This document shows, one piece after another, positions 44,200 through 64,000 of a DNA stretch of 64,000 nt. Source of the DNA: the human T2T-CHM13v2.0 reference genome, Homo sapiens. The notes under the pieces are model-generated. The model was not told the origin of the DNA. It saw nothing but the letters and a program-made list of their open reading frames with translations, and did not search any database. The stretch's first letter is position 1. Every line of letters begins with the position of its first letter. The translations under genes were made by a program, and so were the position numbers. The DNA lies in the NCBI RefSeq assembly GCF_009914755.1, contig NC_060925.1; one strand, given 5' to 3'.

Positions 44200-44937
44200 A
44201 AAAATGTGATTGATAACATAGTGAGTGCTCTTTAAATATTTGTTGACTACATAAAATTTGCTATGTGATACTTACAAAAGGCATATCCAGTAAAAAATGA
44301 CACAAAGTATAAAAATGAAGAGATGAATTCATTTACCAGTTAGTAAATGATAATAAAAATAAACGCATGCAATGAAATTGTAAGATGAAAAAAAAAAGAA
44401 TGTTCTGGTTTGTAGAGCCTAGAATTCTGGAGAAAAAAATTAAATTATTTAAAGTTTTTAAAAATTAAAATATTCTGGTTTGATTTTTTTTTTTTAATTT
44501 GAGGCAAGGTCTCACTCTATCATCCAGGCTGGAGTGTGGTGGTACCATCATAGCTCACTGCAGCCTTGATATCCCAGGCTCAAGCCACCCTCCGCCTAAG
44601 CCTCCTGAGTAGCTGGGACTAGAGGCCTGTGTCACCACGCTTGGCTAATTTTTCACTTTTTGTAGAGATGAGGTCTCTCTATGTTGTCCAGGTTGGTCTC
44701 AACTTCCTGGGCTCAAGCAATCCTCCTGCCTCAGCGTCTCAAAGTACTAGGATTACAGGCATGAGCCACCATGCCCAGCAGTGATTTTAAAAGTACAATC
44801 TAATAAAGAAAGTTGGGGTTAAAGGATACAACTTTCTAGTTTGAGTTTATTGATATTATGACAAAATTAGATGTTTTTCTGCTGACTGCAAGAATATTGC
44901 TGATCTTTGTATTTGTCATTTTCCACATAGATTTTGA

Positions 44938-45252
<315 letters not shown>

Positions 45253-45858
45253 TGATTAATCCCATTATATATGATTATATTTATACTCTTCTACAGTATG
45301 TAAAACTAAAAAGAACAAGAATGTTTCCCCATGAAAGTAAAGAAACGACACAAAATTTTTGACTCTTGAACTGATGATATGTTGAAAAAAAACAAAAAAA
45401 CACAAAAAAACTGTCGCTTCTTACTGCCCCTTAATCTATTTTCTCATGGCTCAGTAAAATATATTACTTTATTTCTTTGCAAACACAGTCTCTGATCACA
45501 TGATCAATGCATCTTCTAAATTTAGTAAGAACTTAAATCTCAATCTTTACAATGCCTAATTTCTTTGTCACATAAAAATTCTATAGAATTGTATAGAAAG
45601 CAAAGGACATAAATAGTACAAACCAAGGTGGAAATTGTTGTGCAGAAACATAAGGAAAAAGGATTACAAGTGAAGCCTGAAACGTAGCTTCCTGTGGGAT
45701 TCAAGGCCTCTTACCTTGGATCTTTATACATTGGATCTTCTCATTCTTAAGGTTTTCACATGCAACTGATTACATTAACAGATAGTTCTGCACTGTAGCA
45801 AAACTTTCTGAGGGAACCAACCTAACTTCTGTTTTCACAGTTAGGACAGAAACGTTAA

Positions 45859-46014
<156 letters not shown>

Positions 46015-48039
46015 TAGGATTACAGGCACCTGCCACCGCACCCAGCTAATTTTTTTTGTTTGTTTGTTTGTTTGTTTTTTTGAGACAGAGTCTCACTCTG
46101 TCGCCCAGGCTGGAGTGCAGTGTCATGGTCTCGGCTCACTGCAACCTCCGCCCTCCGAGTTTAAGTGATTCTCCTGCCTCAGCCTCCTGAGTAGCTGGGA
46201 TTACAGGTGCCTGCCACCGCGCCTGGCTAATTTTTTTTTTTTTTTTTTTTTACCATCTTGGCCAGGCTGGTCTTGAACTCCTGACCTCGTGATCCACCCG
46301 CCTTGGCCTCCCAAAGTGCTGGGATTACAGGTGTGAGCCACCATGCCTGGCCAAACCTTTCTTTTTTATTTGACTGTGATGTGCTTGATGTGCTGTGGCT
46401 GTGATCTTTTTCTCTGGTGATAAATTTGTAAGTTTAGGGCTCTGCTAGATCTTTATTATACCCTTCTGCACAACATTTGAAATTTGACTCCCCAGTATTT
46501 GTGATTGTGTCCTCCCTCCGGTGCGCTAATCTAACTTAACTGCCTACCATCAAAAATTAAATTAACTTTGATTCATCACTTAATAAGGCCTTTATATGCC
46601 AAGTACATTTTATCTTGAATGTCAAATGGAGGACCTAAAACTGACTTATCAAAGTCCTGCTTCTCAAAAAAAAAAAAAAAAAAAAAAGGACAAAACAAAA
46701 TAAATTGGCTTTTCTCAATTTCACAACCAATGTCCCTTTTATCAGATTCAAAACTTGGAATCATATTTACCCTTCAGTTTTCCCCTTGTTCTCCTTTAAT
46801 ACCTTTAATCAGTAAACAACTGATATCTGTAAGTGTTCCTTCTTTTATTTAATCACACGTTTTTCACTCTATTTCAGGCATTCATCATTTCCTGTATACC
46901 TTGCTATAGTGACCTCTTAGTTCCTCTATTTTATTCTAGGCCCTTTCCCCAACTTTGTCAATCCATTTTGCACACTTCTTCCAGATGAATATTTTATTTT
47001 TTAAAATAACCTGTACCTTTTTAATATTTTAAAATTTTTCTTGAGACAGTGTGTTGCTCTCTCACCCAGGCTGAAGTACAGTGATGCCAATGCAGCTCAC
47101 TGTAGCCTTGTCCTCCTGGGCTCAAGTAATCCTCCTGCCTCAGCCTTCTGAGTAGCTGAAACTCCTATACCATCTTCAAAATTGTATTCAAAATCCTATT
47201 CAAAAAATTTTGGTGGTTCTTTAATTTCTTAGAGATGAAAGATAAACTCTTATAACCTAAGGTTCTTTGTGGTGTTTTCAAGTCCTCCGTCTGCTGTGGC
47301 CTCACTTTATTTACTACTAGTTTTGGCTTTCTCCTTGAGGTCACCAGTATCTGTCATACTTGTTCCCATGTATGTGCTGCTTCATTTATTGAGTACTTTC
47401 TTTTCTTTCTTTCTTTCTTTTTTTTTTTTTGAGTCGGAGTTTTGCTCTCATCACCCTGGCTGGAGTGCAATGGTGTGATCACCTCCGTCTCCCAGGTTGA
47501 AGCGATTCTCCTGCCCCAGCCTCCTAAATAGCTGGGATTACAGGCGCCCTCCACCACACCCAGCTAATTTTTGTATTTTTAGTAGGGACAGGGTTACACC
47601 ATGTTGGCCAGGCTGGTCTCAAACTCCTGACCTCAGGTGATCCACCCATCTTGGCCTCCCAAAGTTCTGGGATTACAGGCGTAAGCCACTGCACCCGGCC
47701 TTATTGAGTACTTTCTATGTGCCTGGTATGTGTAATACATGTATTCCTTCATTTAACCTTCAAAACTACCACATTAAGTGAGCACTGCAGTTTCACTAAT
47801 GAGAATTAGAAAGGTTAAGTAACTTGGCAAGGTTTTATTTTAGGAAATGGAGGAGTCAAGAGTCAAGCTCATATCTTCTGGTTTCAGAGAATAAAAAATA
47901 TCAGTATCAAGATGAGGTTATCAGCCGGGTGCGGTGGCACATGCCTGGAGAATCACTTGAGCCCAGGAAGCAGAGGTTGCAGTGAGCCAACATCACGCCA
48001 TTGCACTCCAGCCTGAGCTATGGGAGTAAAACCCTGTCA

Positions 48040-50200
<2,161 letters not shown>

Positions 50201-50279
50201 TGTCTTTGGATTATCTCTCTCTGTTGTAGTTTTAGGTTGACAAGAGCTTATACTTTTAAAAATTCATCTTTCTTCATCA

Positions 50280-50594
<315 letters not shown>

Positions 50595-51162
50595 TGAGTA
50601 GCTGAGATTACCGATGTGCGCCACTACGCCCTGCTAATTTTTGTATTTTTCGTAGAGACAGAGTTTAGCCATGTTGGTCAGGCTAGCCTCGAACTCCTGA
50701 CCTCGTGATCTGCCCGCCTTGGCCTCCTAAAGTGTTGGGATTACAGGCATGAGCCACCGTGCCTGGCCAAAAAAAGACACTCTTGAGGATTCTCAGATAT
50801 AAACGTTTTCAGGTACAGCTAAACCTTGTTTAAAAATTTATTGGATAAATTTTTAAAATTTTAAATTCCAAATGAGAGCCAAAAAAAAAGTTTACATTAA
50901 ATTAACACAGACCGAGTATAGTGGCTCACGCCTGTAATCGCAGCATTTTGGGAGGCCGAGGCACTTTGGGAGCACTTTGGGAGCCCTTGAGCCCAGGAGT
51001 TTGAGACCAGTCTGGACAACATAGAGAGGCCTTGTCTCTAAATATAAAAAATTTAAAAAATTAGCTGGGCATGGTGGTGCATGTTTGTAGTCCCAGCTTC
51101 TCAGGAGGCTAACATGGGGGAATGGCTTGGGCCCAGGAGTTCAAGGCTGCAGTGAGTTATGA

Positions 51163-51420
<258 letters not shown>

Positions 51421-51917
51421 TGATCAGGCTGGTCTTGAACTCCTGACCTCCGGTGATATACCCGCCTCGGCCTCCCAAAGTGCTGGGATTACATTCATGA
51501 GTCACTACACCTGGCCTGAAAAAATTAATTAGTTAATTAACAACACAAAGGAAGAAGGGTGGTTGGTGAGGTAAAATTAATTAACAGCACAGAAATGTAG
51601 AGAAAATCAGGTTAAAACTGATAGAGATGATGTTTCCTGGGGTGGCCAGGGAGGCAGCTTTTCAGAAGGGGTTAGACTTGAGTCTAGCCCTAGAAGGAGG
51701 GTAGGGCTTACAGAACATTCCAGGCAGGGGAAAGTGGGTAGGTAACGAACAGAAAAGCCATTGGTGTTCCATGGATATGGAATAGATAAATTTGCTCAGA
51801 GTAAGATCCTCCAGAGGTGAAGTGGAGATTAGGTTGAAGAGTCAGCAAGAAGGGGCCGGGCACAGTGGCTCACGCCTGTAATCCCAGCACTTTGGGGAGG
51901 CCAAGGCAGGCAGATTA

Positions 51918-52232
<315 letters not shown>

Positions 52233-52281
52233 TTAAAGTTACATAGCTTTTTGAAAATAGGGGAATATGTTCACAACATCA

Positions 52282-52470
<189 letters not shown>

Positions 52471-52735
52471 TCAGCTACTCAGGAGGCTGAGGCAGGAGAA
52501 TTGCTGGAACCTGGGAGGCGGAGGTTCCAGTTGCACTCCAGGGTAGGGCCAACAACAGCGAGACTCTGTCTAAATAAATAAATAAGCCAGTCATGATGGT
52601 GCATGCCTATAGTCCCAGCTACTCGGGAGGCTGCAGTGGGAGGATCGCTTGAGCCTAGGAATTTGAGGCTGCCATGATTGCACCACTGTGCACCAGCCTG
52701 GGTGACAGAGTGAGACCTTGTCTCAAAAAAAATTA

Positions 52736-52936
<201 letters not shown>

Positions 52937-54057
52937 CTATAATCTCAGCTTTTCAAGAAGGATATTAAGGTGGAAGGATTGCTTGAGTCCAGGAGTTTGA
53001 GGCCAGCCTAGGTAACATAGTGAGATTCAATTTCAATTTAAAAAATAAATAAATAAAAATAAATTTAAAAAGAAGAGACCAATGTTTGCAAGGTGATTCT
53101 TTGAGATAATTGGTCTCCACCTTTCTTTTTTTTCCTATTTAATTTTTATTATAGGTTCAGAGCTACATGCACAGGTTTGTAGGCCAGGTGCAGTGGCTCA
53201 CGCCTGTAATCCCAGCACTTTTGGAGGCTGAGGCGGGTGGATCACGAGGTCAGGAGTTTGAGACCAGCCTGGCCAACGTGGTGAAACCCCATGTCTACTA
53301 AAAATACAAAAAATTAGCCGGGTGTGGTGGCTGGCACCTGTAATCCCAGCTACTCAGGAGGCTGAGGCAGGAGAATGGCTTGAACAGGGAGGCAGAGGTT
53401 GCAGTGAGCTGACTGTGCCACTGCACTCCAGCCTGGGCAACAGAGCGAGACTCTGTCTCAAAACAACAACAACAACAAAAAAACCAGGTTTGTTACATAG
53501 ACAAATTGTAGGCCATGGGGTTTGATATACAGATTATTTCATCACCCAGGTAATAAGTATAGTACCTGATAGGTAGTTTTTCAATCCTCTCCCTTTTCCC
53601 ACTCAATCTCCAACTTTATTTTGCCCCCGACTTGGAAAGCCTTTCCTTCTCCATTTTACCTAAATTAATCTCAGACTCTGGTTAAGACCTGTTTAAGTTC
53701 TAACCCATGCTTTCAAAAAACATAATAGATCTCTTCATTTTCTGAGGTCTGGCTTCCATCTGGCAATTTGCCTGTTATTTCCCTCAGTAGTTTGTTAGTT
53801 CCTAAAAAGCAGAAACCATGCTGATATTGTGTGTCTTCTTACCATGACTAACAAGTGTTACATTTCTTTTAAAACAAGGAAGCAAACTACAAAGCACCAA
53901 GTGCATGATCTTAATTTTATTTATTTATTTATTTATTTGAGATGGAGTCTTGCTCTGTCGCCCAGGCTGGTCTTGAACCCCTGGGCTCAAGTGATCCTCC
54001 GACTTCAGCCCCACAGAGTAGCTGGGACTACAAGCTCACGGCACCACTCCGGGCTAA

Positions 54058-54484
<427 letters not shown>

Positions 54485-55029
54485 TGAATAAGATACCTGA
54501 AGATTGATTCTCTTTATCGTTAATGTGTGGACTGTATCAGGCAAAGTAAAACCCCTATCATCAAAAGCCTAAAGTTATTAAAGGGAGTGGAAGAAGGCTA
54601 TCGGGACATATTTTTCTCGAAGGTGTGACATCACAAATAAAAGAAAATTAACGTATAGTGAAATCATCACTGTAGTTAGAGTCAAAATGCCTTGCCTGTG
54701 TTCCAAACTTTGGGCCAGTCAACCTACAGGGTGCACGGTTTCCTCATTAGTTTCTTCAGAGAGTAAATGAGACATTGCATAAGCTAGCACCTAGCATACA
54801 GCAGGCAAATACTGCTGGATTTCTTTCTTCCACTAAATGAGAAGAAAATGACTCCCACATTTACACGTTTTAGAATATTTTATTTTGCGTCAGCGAATAG
54901 AGAAAACAAAGGAGGGATGAGAGAACAGGAAAGGAAAGGGGCAAAAAGACAAAGTGTTAAGCGGATTGACCCAACGCTTTCATCGATATCCTCCTCAATT
55001 TCCTTGATCTTGGGTCTCGCTCTACACGC

Positions 55030-56050
55030 AGGCCTCCAACCACACCGGTCTGTCCGGATCTCCCTCCCCGTCAGTGGCGGCTGTCCCCACCACGCGCGGT
55101 CTCATCCGCCACCCCGCCCCCACAGCCCACTTTTCCCAGGCCCTTGGCCATCCCGCGCCCGGTAGGAATTCACCTGCACGTAAACAGCCAGGGCAACCGT
55201 CCTCCCTCCTTGGAGCCCGCCTCCCGCGGCCCCGGGCTCCCTCCCCCGCCCCCTGCGCCACCCCGGTGCCCCGCCCCGGGCGGGGAGAGTCGGGGCGAGG
55301 GGAGGGCCTGCCAGGTGAGGCGCGGTCACCCTGGGCCTCTCACTTCCGCCCAGGTGAGGCAGGGCCGACACCGAGCCCGCCCGACCCGGGCTCCCACCTG
55401 CTCCTCCAGCGCACCAGGTAAAGCGTGAGGTCCCGGCTGTGCAGTGCGCGCTCGCCCCTGGGGGTCCCCGCGCCTGGAGGCCGGCCGGGGGCAGCTCCCT
55501 CGGGGCTTCCCGGGCCTGCCTGCCCTACCCCCGCGCTCTCCCCGCCCGCCCGCCTGGAGTGGGTGGGAGCCGGAGGTGGAGGGCGCCGCCGGGCGCTCAG
55601 AGGGGCCGCGGCGAGGATGGGGCGCCCGCGGCGTGCGTCCGCGCTGACCCGGGAGGCGGGGCGGGGGCGCCGTCCTCCTGCGTCGGGCCCGGGTGACCCC
55701 ACGGTGGTCCCCGCCCCGCCGCGCAGGGCTCGCCGAGGCCGCGGGCAGGGAGGGGCGCCGCCCCGCCTCCCCAGGCCTTTCGGGCCTCGAATCTCGGCCC
55801 ACTGGTATTCGGGGGTGGCACGGATCCTATTTTGCGCCCAGATCGGTGCCCCTGTTTCGCTCCCAGAGCTGGGCGGAGTCTTTCCCTCCATCGGTGGCCG
55901 TGGAAGGAGGGAACGGGGTGAGGGGACAAAGAGGAGGGGGTGCTCAGAGCCGGGCTGAGGGGGCGACTTGGGCCCGGCCGCGTCGCGGCGCCTGGTCATC
56001 CCGTAGCGGAGGTTCCCAAGCCAGCGGTCAGGCCCTGGGCTCTGCCAGCC
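55030..56050 (+). promoter_or_regulatory. PATJ: PATJ (INADL) CpG-island promoter
   Basis: About 1 kb very GC/CpG-rich island with multiple GC boxes, ETS site (CACTTCCG 55341-55348), FOX motif GTAAACA 55180-55186 and E-boxes. Gene identity comes from known adjacency to TM2D1 and recalled 5'UTR sequence; no PATJ coding sequence is in the window. Confidence 0.85.
55342..55417 (+). other. PATJ: PATJ non-coding exon 1 (5'UTR); start approximate
   Basis: ACTTCCGCCCAGGTGAGG...GCGCACCAG followed by donor |GTAAAG at 55418; no ATG; matches my recollection of the PATJ mRNA 5' end. Confidence 0.75.
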
Positions 56051-57444
56051 TTGCTGCGTAGATGGGGAGGTTCTGTCGGAAAGTGCTTCCAGCCTTAGGG
56101 GAAATTCCTGGACTCCTGCTTTTAAATCAAGCTCAGGAAAGCATTTTCAGATCACTCCCACTCTCCAAAGCGCCCCAGCCGTCCCGCACGCAGGCCGAAT
56201 TAAGTGAACACCCCTTCACTTGGCACTTTGTCATATTTCCAAGTGGCTCTTGTCACTTTGAATTCCAGTTGGTTGTTTACTGGCTTGCCTCTGCCATTTA
56301 GAGGGTGCCCCTTTCAGGGCCTTATTTTTCGACTGCATTTAGGGTCTGGCTATTGGTAGGTGCGCGACAAGTGTTTCTTAAAGGAAGGCAGAAGCCTTTG
56401 GAAACCCAGAAGGACAATGTCGGTTCCACTGAGGATGATACTACCACATTCTGGGCTAAATTCCTATTGGCTGCAAATTAATTTGCACACATCTATTTGA
56501 AAGGAGTGGAGGCAGGGGCAGCGGTTAAAAACTTAAATCTGTTTGCAGCATTAGAAAATGTTAGGTGAGATTGAGCCTTTTAGCTAAAGTGAGCTTTGAT
56601 GTTTTTAGGGCCCCTAATGGCCTTTAAGATGTTAACAATAACAACAACAACAAAACACTCCAAATGTGTTGAATTTATTTGGGAATGAGAAATGAGCGTT
56701 ATAGCCCGAGGTGCACAGGCCTGGCAAGCCATATATGCATGGAAGAGGGGAGGGTAAAAGGAAACTTTTATTGGCAAAGTAAGTGCAGATAAGCTGCGTG
56801 AAAACAGAGTTTATTGGTTTTGCAGACTGAAAGCCAGAGTTGGCCATTGTTGAAGATGCCATTACTGGGCAGGTGTTATGGAGAGCATCTTATCAGGCCT
56901 GGCAACCTGCCTCATGCCTGTTATCTCAGCTACTTAGGAGGCTTAGGCAGGAGGATCGCTTGAGGCCAAGAGTTGGAGACCAGCCTGAGCAACATGGCTG
57001 TCTTTACAGAAAAAGCTTTTTAAATAGTCAGGTGTGTCGGGAGGTTGAGGCAGGGGAATTGCTTGAGCCCAGGAGATGGAGGCTGTGGTGAGTGGTGTTT
57101 GCACCACTACACTCCAGCCTGGGTGACAGAGCAAGAACCCTGTCTCAAAAAAAAAAAAAAAAAAAAAAAAGGAAAAAAGATTATCTTATCTTATCTTATC
57201 TGAATTACTGCATTCCTAAAGAAAGAATTTCTTGGGTGGTTATTTTAGTTCCTTCTTGAGACCGATCTTTATCTCAGACTTGCAAGCATGAGCTTTCTCC
57301 CTCAGGCTCTCTAGTTTGTTTGGGTTTGACAAAAAGTGATTTTGACCTGGTATCTGCAACTTTCACAAAGATAATAACAAAGTTAATAAATATGGAAATA
57401 CTTATGGATAGAACTTATAAAATGAGTTCTGAAGAGATTTGCCC

Positions 57445-59470
<2,026 letters not shown>

Positions 59471-60789
59471 AAGGTCACATAAAATGGGTTTCCCATCAGA
59501 AAAATAGTTGTGTTTGAAGCTGAATAGAAAATTAAGCTCTATTCTGCATTTAATGAAACCGTAATAAGTTTAAGCCATACATTAATATTTCTGTAACTAT
59601 AAAGCTAACATATTCATTGTAGAAAAATTGGAGAAAATTTTCAAAAAAGAAACTAAAAGTACACAGACTACTATTGAGAGATAACCACTAATAACATTAG
59701 GATGTATTTTCTTTCAGATTGCATTTTTAAAGTTAAAGAGAAAAATCTGTATATATGTTCTCATAGTGAATTCACATTTAGAACCTTGTGATTCTGAGAC
59801 AATGACTCAGCATTTTCTAGTTCTTACAATTGCATTTTTACTTAACAGCATTTAATAATTATCCTTACACTGAGGAGCCAGCAGGCTGAATTTACTTGCT
59901 TTGTTAAAGTTTAACAAGAATATATTAGGTTGGGGAAGCCAAAGTGGGATTTAATTTGTTCACTTAAGACTTTGCTCCCCTTGGTGAGCCAACTTGGTAA
60001 GTTTTTTGAGAAATGGGACCAATCTACCTTGGTATTTGCATGACCATTGCTATGTTTTCTTCCTTAGGGTTTTGTGTAGATTTGGATGCCTTTTTTAAAG
60101 TCCTTATTTTAGGTTCCGGTGCAAATGGGGAGAAATTTAGTGCCTGTCAATACCCTTCCTTTTAAGTCAGTGGGATAGATCGATGCTGAAGATGTAGAGC
60201 TCACTTATTTTTTGTGTTCGTACAGCTGTCCAGCCAGTAAAGTTTGGAGACAAGGAATTGGGTCCACCTACCATATAACGCTTGACAAGTCATTTAATTC
60301 TGGTCCTCCAGAATCTGGTCCCATTTGCAAATGGTCTGCCTTACAGAGATTTGGCGAGGTTGAAAGAAAAGAATGTTCAAGAATGTGTCTTGTAATCTGT
60401 AAGCTGTTATTCTCCTGCTTTTTGTTCCTCCCTTATGTTTAATTCCGGTAAAATTATGGAGTTGTGATCTTTTTATTGGGAAGAACTCAAGTTTGTGAGT
60501 GCTCTTACTCAGATAGTTACTTTAAGAAAAGGCATAGAGACCATATGAGCTGAACTGATGAAGTCTTTCCTAAAAACACGGTGGAGGAAGAAAAAACAAA
60601 ACCAAACAGGGATCTTTCTGGAAAGGCATAGATTAAAACTTTACTACAGTAAGCCACTCTCACACGTGGGCATGGGCCACTTTATATTGGGTTAGTTAGG
60701 ATTGAAATGTGCTGTAAATGCACAATACACACAAGATTTTGAACAGATTTCATGTAAAAAGGAATCTAAAATATCTTATTAATTTTTAT

Positions 60790-64000
<3,211 letters not shown>

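Noticed and set aside
55066-55083. Possible CTCF motif (CCGTCAGTGGCGG)
   Set aside because: One base short of the core spacing; cannot be supported without a PWM scan or ChIP data.
54848-56301. Overlapping Pro/Arg/Gly-rich ORFs up to 219 aa
   Set aside because: Stop-codon depletion in a CpG island; present on both strands and in all frames, with no recognisable domain.

Overview
Human (primate) genomic DNA, very Alu-dense, recognisable as the TM2D1 / PATJ (INADL) locus (chr1p31.3 from recall, not derivable from the sequence). The minus strand carries TM2D1 (BBP, beta-amyloid binding protein) coding exons 1-5. They splice into one frame of 164+74+109+92+74 = 513 nt (171 aa); I found no final coding exon, so it lies left of the window. 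Intron 1 of TM2D1 is an AT-AC U12-type (minor spliceosome) intron with an ATATCCTC donor, a TTTCCTTAAC branch site and an AC acceptor. About 17 kb upstream, a large CpG island holds the divergent PATJ promoter and non-coding exon 1 (+ strand), with a dense cluster of ZEB/Snail-type E-boxes. The rest is mostly retroelements: many Alus (one near-consensus AluYb8, nested and internally duplicated copies), a 5'-truncated L1 that appears to carry a 3' transduction, old L1M/L2/MIR, MaLR/ERV LTR fragments, MER5A/MER20 and simple repeats. Almost all ORFs in the supplied track are Alu, low-complexity or GC-rich artefacts. I see no evidence for a wholly new biological system. The best leads are the minor intron with its cryptic-splicing escape routes, the L1 3' transduction, and the PATJ E-box/5'-splice-site cluster. 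Repeat boundaries and subfamily names were read by eye and are approximate.
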